Shown: positions 13,434 through 25,900 of the stretch, one piece after another
How positions within the stretch are numbered: the stretch's first letter is position 1
Layout: the number at the start of each line of letters is the position of its first letter
Origin: Blasia pusilla
Lineage: Eukaryota
Length of the DNA: 64,000 nt
Assembly (NCBI GenBank): GCA_050084515.1
Contig: CM114271.1
Span: 32,550,001 to 32,614,000 of the forward strand
Direction: 5' to 3'
Made by a program: the position numbers and the translations under genes
Notes under the pieces: model-generated
Seen by the model: the letters and a program-made list of their open reading frames with translations, nothing else
The model's database searches: none
What the model was told of the DNA's origin: nothing

Positions 13434-16400
13434 GTGTCATTGTCAGACATGGGAGAGGGTGTAGAGGAGTTTGTGAGCACATTGTCACATATTATGAGTG
13501 GTCCTACCGGTTGGGCGTACGAGATGGACGATCGGGGTAGAGGACCGCGTAGGTTTTCAGGTGCAGTAGGTACGATTGAGTTGCACGATTTCATAGCAGA
13601 GTTTAGGAGTTGGCGCGAGTCCCAGTGGGCCAGGAACTCTAGAGAGTTCAACCCGTTTACAACATGGAACGGTATATTCGAGCATTTAGAGGGGGCGCCC
13701 ATGGACGATTACCATGAGTTCTCTTAGAGATATGCACGTGAGATCGAGGCGAGGAGGCTCTACTATGACCCATATTATGTGTCATGGATGGAGCCATTCC
13801 CAGATGAGGAGGAGGAGTCAAGAGAGGCTACTTTCTCTTCCACTAGTGACGTTTTAGGAGGAGTCACTCGCACGGGAGCAGTTGCACCGTGTAGTCGGGT
13901 TTGTCCTAGGTTCAACCCTGTGGTTGAGTTCTTTGCTGAGTTCAGGTCAAGCTACCAGGGGGTACGGACATAGAAGTTGCAGAGCATCCATGATTTCCAG
14001 AGGCGCCCGGGTGAGAGTTTGAGTGAGGCTTACACTCGCGTGCGCCGGTTGATCAATGTTACTCAGGGGGTGACAAAGGCTCAGGCTATCGAGTCATGGT
14101 CGCGATGTTGGACCACACCCTGCGGACACGGGTGCGGGAGGGGGTGCTTCTTATGAACACCTCCCCTACGTTGAGAGATGTTTTTAGGACCACCGAGAAC
14201 ATTGAGCGCAACATGGCGGAGGAGAGCGTAGCCACCATGGGTTATGGGCGAGAGCAGTCGCGATTGTCACGCACCAATTGCGGCAAAGAACGTGGACTCT
14301 GAGATAGGTCGACTGTGGCACCATGAGCTCAGGGAGGATACCGGGAGGCCGTGCCGCAGAGACCTGCACCTTCATATGCGGCTCAGCAATAGCCGCTTAC
14401 TATTACTTGTTGGTCATGTGGTGGAGCCCATCATCAACGTGATTGCACTCGTCAGGGTCATGGACGTGTGCCTCAACATGGAGGAGGAGATGGTGCTGCA
14501 CCAGGAGGTTATCAATGTGACTATTTTAAGAGGTATGGTAATAAAATCAGCAAGTGTTTCAGTTTACATCCTGAGTTACGTCCGGACTAAGGGCCAAAGA
14601 GGGCACCAGAGCGACTAGCCGGTCCGGGTGGGCTAGAGATCGTGCACTAGGTGGTCCCGTCGGGGGATGAGGAGCTGGAGTTGCCCAACACGGTAGTGGA
14701 GCTGCATGTGGAGGAGGTAGAGTCCTACCACCTAGACAAGTCAAGGGAGATGGCGGACGTGAGGCTAGGATGGTTGCTCAGATACATTAGCTACAAGAGC
14801 AGATTGCCGCTATGGCATTGAGATTACCGCATGCCGGATCCGTGGCATCAACATCATATGGAGCAACTAGAGATATGGAGGATCTTGATTGGATGTGCGG
14901 GGTTGCCCTGATGGAGGCAGCTGCAGTTGTGACGCGTGGAGCAGCACAGAGTTGGATCCACAGCGAGGGGAAGCCAGGAAACAGACTAGGCTTCCTCAGT
15001 CTTTTACGTTGTCCGAGGCGATGAGGACCCCATCGATGGGTCCTAATCAGAGTTCTTGGAGAGTTGGTGATGTTGTTGGTGTGCAGGCATGGAGGGCGAT
15101 GGGAGAAACAAGTGCGACGACTCCTATTGTTGATGCTCAGGAGGGACATGTGTCAAGCACGTTGTTGGGGGCGGCGCTCCTTTATTTTCTGCTTCCGATA
15201 TTATGACATTGGGGGGTACGCCCGTTGAGGCTTTTCGGCTGGCCGCTACGCTATGTGAGCGTGGAGTTGGAGTTCCTGCATCACGTTCAGAGGTGATTGC
15301 AGTGGAGGTGATGGACTTGCCCTTGGAGCCAATGTCCGAGCCGTCCACGTCAGATTCATGGCAGACTATGGCTACTAGGATGGCGGAGATGCCCGCTAGA
15401 CCTGCGATAGAGCGTGCCATGGCTTCTCCTGGTGTTGTGTTGCTGGATAACGGAGGAGAGGTCTTCCAGTTGGTGAGTCTTGGAGGTAGAGCTTTTTGTC
15501 CGCAACGCATCTTGTTGGATTCAGGAGCGCAACCCCTAATTTTGGGGAAAGCATCATTCAGAGGATTGGGCTTGACGAGAGCCGATGTGGAGCATTGTCC
15601 ATTGCGGATATAGACATCCTTGGATGGAGCAAGTACCACACAATATATCACCCAACAAGAGGTCGTGATGAGGATTCGCCCGGGACATCCTACAGATGAG
15701 TCCATGGTGTGAGCCAAGGCGATAGTGACTGATGGAGAGTCCTACGACGTCTTGGTTGGTGGAGTAGCGTTATACCCGATGGGATTTGCCCTGGATTACT
15801 GGGAGGAGTCAGCGTCCTACAAACCATGATGGCAGTCAGGTGATTGGCGCCTTAGCTCATTACCCGTTCGATTCATAGGTGTAGTGATCGAGCAACGACC
15901 AAGAGAGATGGCAACCTTAGTAGCATTTAGTAGTGCCATCACTTGGCCTAGTGATTTGATTGAGGGACATATCCATGCAGAGGATACTCCCGTTCCTGAT
16001 ATTTCTATGGAGAGGAGTTTTATGGTAGCCGCATCATTCCGTAGAAGAGAGGTGCCGTTGTGGGGCTCGACTGAGGAGCTTTGACGATTGGCAGATGAGC
16101 ACGTGCAGACCGTGTGGAGCGAGGCGTTTGCACCAGAGTATGACGGGTCTGAGGAACCCGAGGTAGCAGGGAGTGCTACGATGACACCCTTGGATACCAC
16201 AACCATTGTGTGGTGTAGCTCGGAGGAGGGTATTTGAGTGTAAGATCTCTTTGGAGGGATTAGCACCGGGTTAGGTGCTATTTTGCAGGCAGGAGTGCGA
16301 GTACAGCAGTACGTGTATGTGGGGAGTGATGATGTTGCAAGGCGCGTCTCACTATGACATGTCGCGCAGTTACGCCTACGTTTTCCCGACTTATTTTCTG

Positions 16401-19400
16401 CATCCGCATGTGGGTACCAGAGTTCTCTACCGAGGGATATTTTGTAGTTGAGGGCGTAGGATTTAGAGTGGGTAGGGACCATTGATTTGGTCATTTTCGG
16501 TTAGCCATGTCGGGGCCAATGGAGTGTTGGACGAGGCAGTGGGTTGGCTGACACTCGATCCAGGTTTTTTTGGGAGATGTTGAGGGTCTTACGGTAGTTG
16601 CAGGAGCACCAATCTTGTTCTCCAGCCTACATTCTAGAGAATGTGCCAATCTTAGGAGACTCCAGGTCACGGGTGGTGATAAGTGCTCATCAGGTGCGTG
16701 CCTGGATCGGCTCAACAGTGTTCTTGGATGCGGCGAGTGTAGGTTCTAGAGCCCATCGCCCGCATCTATGGTGGACCAACTTGGTGCCCCATGCGGTGTT
16801 ATGGAGGGCGTATGGGAGAGTGGAGCATCCCTCCCATTTGTCAGTGGATTCCATTTTGGATCCAGGTCGTCGATCACAGGCAGTGAGGCACGATGATCGA
16901 CCACCATTGATTGTGGTCAACAGGGTAGGCAGGCCGTGGGCAGCCTTGCTCACGTTTGTAAGTTTTCGCGCTTCCTATGCATACAAGGAGTTTGCTCCTA
17001 GCTTGGTTTGGGATGACCAGGTTCAGTGGTTGGTGGAGCCCAACGCCGACAAGAGAGAGAGAGAGCGATGGGATTTCCCACAGGAGTGATGGCAGTACCG
17101 TTAGTGTCAGAGGCATTACGACGCCATGTCTTGGGTCAAGCGATGGACCTGAACTACTTGACATGGATCCTCAGCTTGGGAGTGGCTTAACAACGTAAAA
17201 TGAGATCGCGATAGATCGCATCGGTTGCGTTGGTGAGCCCCATGCCTACCAAGATGGTGGAGGCAGTGGCTGGGGGCGAGACCCGAGGAGACCTACACAC
17301 CAGGGGAGATCGAGAGAGACACCCTTGGACTTCTTGGGATGTTTTGAAGGTACGCCAGGAGATGATAGCCACAACATCGAGGGTGGTTACAGACACTACA
17401 CGTGGAGTTTGTAGTTGGTTGTAGGAGAGTGGCCGAGTGTTGTTGTTCGAGACAGGGTTGCACCATAGCAACCATCAATACCGTGGCGGAGAGTCCTACC
17501 GTAGTCACGATGGAGACTTGGGAGCCAGATATGGGCCCTAGGTTGACAGGAGGAGAGCGGCGCCGGATACATCAGTTCCTCAGGAGTTATAGGAGCTGGT
17601 TTGCGTTTAGCATGGAGGATTTGGGTACGTTGAAGGGACCCGGGATCCGCATTGAGTTGTCGAGTGATACGTCGATCTTCCGACGATCCTACAGGTACAG
17701 TGATATGGAGAGGGCTCTGATTCAGAGTAAGAGCCAGGACTTGGTCGGAGCAAGACTAATGGAGATGTTGCATGGGGAGTATGCATCTGCCACTATCATG
17801 CATGGCAACTAGACGGATAGGCGGATGTGTGGGGATTACCGACCTATCAATTGGTAGACAAAGTCCGATAGGTATGCCATGCCTACCCCTTAGGAGATCT
17901 TTGATGCGATTGATCATGCAAAGGTCTTCAGTTCATTGGATTTGGGAGCAGGCTGCCTATCAGATTGGAGGACAGGCAGAAAACGGCATTTTGGGGCATC
18001 GATCCTCACGGGAAGGATTTTTTGTACTAGTGGCGGTTCTTACAACTAGAAAGGACGCAGGGGGTGTCCTTTCTAGTTGCACATAGATTGGAGCATGTTG
18101 GGGCTTGGAGCGGTGCTCACCCAACATGATGATGAGGGTAGAGAGTTTGTGGTGGCTTACGCTAGCCGCTCGAACAACGCTGCAGAGGCGAAGAACAGCT
18201 TGTATGAGGGTGAGTGCTTGGCTGCGATGTGGGCTGTCTCACATTTCAGGTGTTACTTATTCGGCAACCCTTTACCATCATCACTGATCATCAACCACTG
18301 AAGGGGTATGGAGTCCGACAAGCTTAGAGGGAAGCTTGCGAGATGGGCTCTTTTGTTGCAGGAGTATGATTTTCAGGTGGTTCATAGACTTGGGACACTC
18401 AACCAAGATGCAGATGGGTTGAGTCGTGACCCATGCCTGAGTTAGCGAGATGCGACTGGAGCTTGATGGCATGGAGAGAGTGATGAGGAGTCAGTGCTAG
18501 GATGGCACGCGTCAGCCTATTTAGGCATGTTGGCTATGGAGAGCCATAGTGTGGAGACTTCGATGGCAAGGTCTAGTGGAGAGTCCTTGGATCCCGTGGC
18601 CAGTGAGGAGACGACAAGTGGTCAAGATATTCATGATGATGGAGTAGTCTTGGAGTACCTTCGTACTGGTAGCATTGCGAGCACCGTGGGTGCTAGAAAG
18701 CGGGATCGGATCCTACAATGGGCCAGACGGTTCCGTTGGGAGGGGACACATATTTTGAGGGTTTGGGAGGATGGTATAGTACGCGTAGTGCTGCATCCTT
18801 TGCAGAGAGCACGACTAGTGCAACATGCCCACGAGGAGTTGGGTCACTTTGGGGTGAAGCAAACGTACAACTTGCTCCAGATTCAGTATTGGTGGCGAGG
18901 CATGCAGACTAACGTTCAGCAGTTTGTTGCAAGGTGCATGGTGTGTGATCAGGTCCGAGCATCGTTCAATGCTCCGACACCACAGTTGCATCCATTACCG
19001 ATCATGGGCTTAGGGTATAGATGGAGTTTGGATTTTGCAAGACCTTTGCCTTTGAAAAGCGTCACAGTCATTTTGTGTTGGTGATGGTCGAGCACTTCTC
19101 AAAGTGGATCGAGTTGGTTGCATTGCCTGACAAAGTGAGTGAGGGAGTAGCTTATGCCTTCCATGACAGAGTGTTAAGTCATTATGGCGCACCGGCTGAG
19201 GTGTTGACAGACCAGGGTACCGAGTTTCGCTGTGAGGTCCAGGCCTTGTGTGATTAGGCGCTGATCGACCATCAAACGACTTTGCGAGATCATCCTGAGA
19301 CGGATGGATTAGCGGAGAGAGTTGTGTAGACGGTGAAGAGGAATTTATGCAAGTATGGCTTGCAGAGAGGTCACCTAGGAGATTGGGACCTCCAATTGAT

Positions 19401-20067
19401 GTGGTTGGCGATGGGATACAGATTTAGCAGGCAGACATCCTTAGCTTCTTTTTCATGGTACTTGCTACTTTATGGTCTAGAGGCAGATTTACCTTCGGCC
19501 ATTCGTCAAGATGCTGGTGAGGTGCTGGACCTTGATAACCCAAATGTATGGATTCGAGCATGTTCTCAGAGGGCTGAGTTGTTTTGGAGAGTGATGCCCA
19601 TGGCGTTTGAGAACTTGGCAATTGCGCAACATAGGGATACGTTGAGGTAAGCGACTATTCGCGGTGGTGGTTATCGACCAACTATCCGGAGGTTTCATCA
19701 GAGAGATTATGTCTACTTGCAGCAGACGGCACCGACAATGTTGGATGTGACTGGAGGACGCACTATCCTGAGAGTGCGTGACGTTTTGCCATATGGTGTT
19801 CTCTTGCTGGGGGGACGCGATTCTATGGTATGGAAGGACCATGTGCGTAATTTTGCGCCATGTCACCTTCCTAACATTGATGGTACATTAGATCCGAGCT
19901 TAGCAGTAGTTCCTGCACGCTTGCGTTGTATGTTGTGTGGTTCTGCCCGTGGTGCGGCTATGATGCTAGTATATGATGGATGTTCGAGAGGTTGGCTTGT
20001 GGCATGTCTGACGCCATCTCTCACTAGGGTTCCTCGGAGACGATGGATGTGTCCCAGATGTACATAG
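13434..20067 (+). pseudogene. Degenerate gag-pol of copy 2
   Basis: Gag (RFSGAVGTIELHDF; CWSCGGAHHQRDC), protease ILLDSGAQP, methyltransferase, RNaseH, integrase (HEELGH..CMVC; LTDQGTEF) and PHD (CMLC...WMCPRC). Confidence 0.9.
16190..17190 (+). pseudogene. DNMT3-like C5 cytosine methyltransferase domain, copy 2 (disrupted)
   Basis: DLFGGISTG, DLVI..PC, YILENV, RAHRPHLWWTN, GFPTGV and HVLGQAMD motifs with stops. Confidence 0.88.
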
Positions 20068-20253
20068 AGGAGATAATAGGGAGGTTTCAATTCCTACTTT
20101 TCCTTTGACATGGATGATAGGAAGGCGACTAACAATGGGGCCACCTGAGCACCTGGCCTTTTGCTCTTAGCGTTCTAGAGATGTATGTCGTGGTAGGTAG
20201 AGATAGAGGGCTATCTGGAGTTAGAGGGACCTAACCACCAACTATGGGGGCGA

Positions 20254-20380
20254 TTGGAGATATTTTAGTACTTCTTGTCTCGTTTTTTGGATGCCATGAG
20301 TTAGCATAGGATCGTGCGTGTTTGTGTGTGTGTTCGGTGACAGCGATGTATGTTGTGTAGCAATGTGTATGCGTACGGTA
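20254..20380 (+). repeat. Repeat B1 of copy 2
   Basis: Direct repeat of 20901-21029; follows the G-tract ATGGGGGCGA. Confidence 0.93.
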
Positions 20381-20382
20381 AC

Positions 20383-20899
20383 TATCACGTCTTTTAGGAA
20401 AGATCAATGAGATCTAGTAGAGCGCCTTCGTGAGTAGTCGAGGACAATCTCAATAGGTCGAGGATAATCTACTGAGGCCGCGGGAAACTTGAGAGAGCAG
20501 GTTTCCCCTTCGTTTCGGCTCATTTGGAGCCATATTGAGAAACTTACTATTTTAGGTAAGTACCATTTTGAGTATATGATAAACTTTATATTTTTGGTAA
20601 GTGGCATTTGACCTCCTACATCAGGTCAAGAGCCAAGGAGGTGACTTGGGAGAATAGGTTACCATTGGAGAGAGTTTGGGAGAGGGGAGGGGTATACCTA
20701 AAGGAGAGAGAGTTTGAGAGCTCATTCTCTCTTTGTTGAACCTCTTGGCATAAGGTGGCGGACCTATGGTCCCTTGCCTTGTGAATGTAACCCAAGCCTC
20801 TCATTAGGAGAGTGGGTTTGGTTTGACATGAGAGAGAGAGTGCACACCTTTGAGAGCTATGGTTTGAGATGGTGTCGAGAGAGATTGGATCTTACTTTA
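20383..20899 (+). repeat. Repeat A2 of copy 2
   Basis: Repeat of A1; full-length match to 54893-55380. Confidence 0.93.
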
Positions 20900-20900
20900 A

Positions 20901-21029
20901 TTGGAGATATTTTAGTACTTCTTATCTCGTTGTTTGGATGCCATGAGTTAGCATGGGATCGTGCGTGTTTGTGTGTGTGTGTTCGATGACAATGATGTAT
21001 GTTGTGTAGCGATGTGTATGCCCACGATA
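20901..21029 (+). repeat. Repeat B2 of copy 2 (3' terminus)
   Basis: Repeat of B1; ends CACGATA. Confidence 0.93.
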
Positions 21030-21033
21030 GGGG

Positions 21034-22222
21034 CAATACAAACCAAAACTCCTCAAAGGGTGGAACATTGGATGCATAATAGTTGCAACTCCAAGCTGAG
21101 CAATGAATAGAGGTTGCACAAGATGCAAATGGGGGCGTGGTGTCAAGTTGATAGATGGAGTTGCACAGACAAGGGGATTTGTAAACGGGGTCATATGAGC
21201 CTAGAGTTGGGTTTGCTATGGGAGCTAGGGGGAGGCAAATATAGGTTGATGGAGCCTCTTTATGTGGGTAAGCTCGATGGATTCCATAAAGCCAAGTACG
21301 TGAGTGCAAGCTTATAGGAGATGCAGGTATGTAGTCCGCATGGGTATAGTCGTGGTGAGTTGTAAGGGGTAGGTACAATCATGTGGATCTACGTAGTCAT
21401 AGATCGCTGTAAGGAATAAGTATACAATAAAAAAGGAGTGATGGGGCATGGACAGAGTGAGGATGTTGAGGGGGTGTGTACACGTAGTCATAGTGATAAG
21501 AAGGTACAACCTTGAGTAGGAAGTAGAGGTACACCAAGTATGGTTTGTGTAGGGGGTGCAAGTCTAATGGAGTAGTTGAATATCGTTGATCGTGATGGCA
21601 TGGCTGCACAACCTAGTTCGGCATTGCAACGAGGTTCCAGGGCTAAGTGAGTACCGCGAATGTGGTAGGGGTTTCCAACTTGGTTTTTTACCAACCTACC
21701 CAAAATATTTTGGCATAACATTTTCGGTCATGTTGGGACTTACCTACGTGGTCCAACTTGTGAGGTTGTCATCGATGGTGAGAAGTTTTTGGGCATTTTT
21801 TTTGAAAAGAAATTTTACGTATGATTGTCTTATCAAGATACTAGGTGTGTGTCATGTGCAAGAGTCAGTCGCTCCAAGATGTACCAACCCACCCAAAGTT
21901 TTTGATTGAGTGTTGAGTTTCTAATACATTGTAGACATATATCAAGATGAGTTATCCGCACCCATGATCCACGACAAAGTGGTAGAGGTGGTGACACACA
22001 TTTAGATCCTAATAGGTAGTACACATTTACAAATAGGAGATTCAACAAGGTTGTTATGCTACGAAAGTTTTTGCATTGTATAGAGCAATTATTTTTATCT
22101 TACAGAGGAGCAGTGGTGTGCTTGTTTAGATTGGATGGTCAATAGGTTACCCCAAGAGGGGTCTTGTTATGACTTGATGTTCTTGCTAGCTTAGGTGAGA
22201 TAATATGAGAGGCTTAGGGAGA
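21034..22222 (-). mobile_element. Possible very old L1-type LINE remnant between copies 2 and 3
   Basis: Minus-strand SKTLGGL (cf. the L1 ORF2 PKxxGGLG motif) near 21890; otherwise highly decayed. Confidence 0.3.
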
Positions 22223-22226
22223 ACAC

Positions 22227-22332
22227 TGTCGTGCGAATCCACATCGTCATACAACATACATCGCTGACATACCATACGCACATACATACATAACATAGAC
22301 GAGAGTATCCACAAACGCAAGTGTACCACAAC
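22227..22332 (-). repeat. Repeat B2 of copy 3 (3' terminus)
   Basis: Near-identical to 22704-22808. Confidence 0.95.
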
Positions 22333-22696
22333 TGAAATCCGTGAAAGACCTACTGTCATAAAACACGTTTACAATCACATACAATCGAGCCAAACCCACT
22401 CCACGATGGGAGAATCCAGGTTAAGCTTGGAAACACCATAGCCAAGAGCTCTACTCACTACCAAGGCTAACTCCCAACGAATAACAGGCTCAACTCAAAG
22501 AATGATCGTTCTTTGAGGGCAAGCCACCTTATATCCTCCAACCTAAGAGCGGGCCCTACTAGGAAAGTCACCCCAAGTGAGTAACCCCAACCCTATGTAT
22601 GGAACCACATCTCTACCAAGCCACTATGATCCTACATAAGGAATGGCCTCTACCAAAGACACCATACTCTACGACATAATCCGTATGGTCATGACA
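22333..22696 (-). repeat. Repeat A2 of copy 3
   Basis: Near-identical to 31587-31956. Confidence 0.95.
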
Positions 22697-22699
22697 ATT

Positions 22700-22808
22700 T
22701 GTCGTCGTGCGAATCCACATCGTCATACAACATACATCGCTGACATACCATACACACATACATACATAACATAGACGAGAGTATCCACAAACGCAAGTGT
22801 ACCACAAC
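22700..22808 (-). repeat. Repeat B1 of copy 3
   Basis: Near-identical to B2; preceded on the sense strand by TTAGGGGGGCGA (22809-22820). Confidence 0.95.
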
Positions 22809-22980
22809 TCGCCCCCCTAACTGGCGGTTAGGTCCCTCTAACTCCCAGGTAGCCCTATACATCTACTACATGCTATACACCTTCTTGGGTGCCGAATCAG
22901 AAGGCCGGGTGCTAGGTTGCCCCATCGTTAGTCGCACATCTGTAATCCATATCATGCAAAGATCAAGTCATCTACCTCTC

Positions 22981-25900
22981 TTAAGTACATCGAGGACAAA
23001 CCCACCTTCCAGTAGGAACAACATCCAAACGTGGAGTCAAACACATCATGTGCCAACCCCTAGAACACCGATCACACACCAACATACGGGCTGCGTTACC
23101 AGCAGACCCACACAACATGCAGCTAAAGCTAGCACGTATCATGGCTAAGCTTGGGTCAACAGTACCATCCACATTTGGAAGATGACATGGCGCACAATTA
23201 CGCACATGGTCCTTCCAAACAACTCCATCACGACCCTCCAACATGAGAACTCCGAAGCTAACACCTCACGCACTTGTAAAATAGTGCGGCTGCCGTCACA
23301 TCCAACGCGTTGTCGGGCAATCTGCTGCAAATAGACATAGTCCCCACATGGAACCTACGAATCGATGGTCGATAACCTCCACCCGAATGGTTGCATACCG
23401 CAACGTATCCCTGTGTTGAGCAATGGCAAGATTCTCAAAGGTGTTGGCATAACTCTCCGAAAAGAGCTCCCGCACGAGAACACACCCTCATCCACATCTC
23501 TCGGGTCATCAAGGTTCACCACCTCACTAGACTCCCGACGCAATTCGCTTTGGCAAGTCCGGATCTCGGCCGTATAATGTAAAAATAAGGTGAGAAGGAA
23601 GCCAAGGATGCTTGGCGATCGAACCTATACCCCATGGCTAACCATGGCAACCGAATATCCCAATCTCCAAGATGCCCCTTCAGAGGCCATACTTGCGCAA
23701 TGCCCTCTTCACCGCCTGAACCACACGCCAGCCAAACCATCCGCCTCTAGATGATCTCGAGACGTGGTCCGATGATCAATCAACGCTTGTCACACAAGAC
23801 TTGAAACTCATCCGAAACTCTGACCTTGTCGGTCAAGACTTCAGTGGTGCACCAAAATGACTAAGCACTCTATCCGAAACGCATACGCCGTTCCTCACTC
23901 GCCTTGTCCGGTAATGCCACCAACTCAATCCACTTGAGAAGTGCTCCACCATCACCAACACATATCGATGATGTCGAAATACCAACGGTAACGGTCCCGC
24001 AAAGTCCACACTCCAACGGTAACCCAACCCCATAATAGGCAAGGGGTGTAATTGTGGTGTAGGGGCATTAAATGATGCCCTCACCCGGTCACAAACCATA
24101 CAACGTGACACCAACTGCTGCACCTGAGTATGCATGCCACGCCACCAATATAGGCCAAGGAGTAAGCTATACGACGCTTTACCCCAAAATGTCCCAACTC
24201 CTCATGGGCATGTCGCACAATGCGCTCTCTCGAGCCAAATGTGGCACTACTCGTACTCTACCATCCTCCCACACGCGGAGAATATGTGTTCCCTCCAATC
24301 GATACCTCTTAGCACGTTGAAGAACACGGTCTCGCTCCTTGGCACTCACTATGCTTGGCACCCTACTGGTCCGTAGGAACTCCAACACCAACGCATCATC
24401 ATGAATATCACGTTGATCCGTACCACCATCTCCAACCTTAGGATCTCAAGGTGGCCATCTACCCTCGACTAGAGTAAGATATCATGTGGTCCTCCATACT
24501 AGAGTCCACCTAACCAACATAAAAAGGCGGATGCATGCCAACCTGGCACCATCTCCTCATCAACCTCGCCATGCCATCTAGCCCCTATTGTATCCTCTTG
24601 GCTAGTACATGGGTTCCTACTCAACCCATCAAAGCATCAAGGTTGGCAACCCAAGTCTATGTACCACCCGGAAGTCATACTCTGTAAGATAAGAGCCCAC
24701 CGTGCAAGCTTCCTGTAAGCTTGTCCGACTCCATCAACCACTTGAGCGGTTGGTGATCGAATAAGGGTAAACGGGTGCCAAACAAGTAACACCTAAAGTG
24801 TGCCATGACCCACACTCTTGCCAAGCACTCTCCCTCATATGAACTATAGCGCGACTCACTGCATTATTCGAACGACTTGCATAGGCCACCACAAACTCCA
24901 TGTGCTCATCATCATGTTGTGTCAACACCGCTCCAAGTCCCAACCTACTCCAATCAGTGTGTCATCTGGAAATGGGCGCCCTCTCATAGGTCTCCTCAAG
25001 ATAGGCGCCGCCACCAACTGGGCCTTAAGCTCCACAAAGCTCTCTCTGATCATCTCCCAGTGCCACTCTTGATCTGGTTTCAGCAATTGATTCAAAGGCT
25101 TTGCCATAGCACTAAATCCCTTCACATACCTCCGATAGTAGTTCGCCAATCCCATGAATGCTCGAACTCTACTCACATCTACCGGACGCGGAATAAGTGC
25201 AATAGCCTCCACCTTTGCTTCTTTGAACTCCCAAACCACTGGATAGATTACATGACCCAAGTACTCAACATCCTCATGGAAGAACTTACACTTACTTGGA
25301 TGCAAACGTAGACCATGAGCTTTCAACCGCTCAAACACCATCTGCAAATGTATCTGATGCTCCTCCACCGTGTTACTGAACACCAAGATATCATCAATGT
25401 AACACGGAACAAAATCCAACACCGCTAGGATCCTATCCATCACTCTTTGAAACTCGGCAGATGCATTCTTCAACCCAAAGGGTAAGAATTTCCACCGGTA
25501 CAAACAATCCTTGCCATGAGAGTTGACACCCCAAAATGTTGTCTTGGCCTTGTCACTCTCCCGAATCGGCAATTGATGGTATCTGCCGAAGATCCAAATC
25601 TGAAAATCTTTGCATGTCCCACCACATCAAAGATCTCCTCAGGTGTAGGCATGGCATACCTATCGGCCTTGGTTTGCCGATTGATAGGACGGTAATCTCC
25701 ACACATCCGCCTATCCGTGTAGTTGCCATGCATATCCTTTTTAGAGCATGACAGTGGGCGATGCATACTCTCCATGCAACAACTCCACTAATCCAGCCTC
25801 CAAAGGTCCAACGTCCTACTCTGAATCAAGTCCCTCTCCATATCACTATATCGGTAGGGACGACGGAAGATTGGCGTATCACTAGCCAAATCAATCCGTA

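Larger units (their letters stand above)
12002..21029 (+). mobile_element. Gypsy-like DNMT/PHD-family retrotransposon, copy 2 (both ends present, split direct repeats, internal deletions)
   Basis: Starts TGTCACG, ends CACGATA; flanks GGGA/GGGG (near-perfect 4-bp TSD); A1 12002-12384, B1 20254-20380, A2 20383-20899, B2 20901-21029; gag-PR-DNMT-(RT deleted)-RH-INT-PHD remnants. Confidence 0.93.

Noticed and set aside
15124-16494. Long antisense ORFs over the protease/DNMT region (also 58846-60223)
   Set aside because: Shadow frames of pol; their similarity between copies follows from nucleotide homology.
20254-21029. Reading B1-A2-B2 as a solo LTR inserted into an LTR with a long TSD
   Set aside because: A2 is the element's own 5' repeat, B exceeds 100 bp, the layout recurs in divergent copy 3, and the real TSD lies outside A1 and B2.
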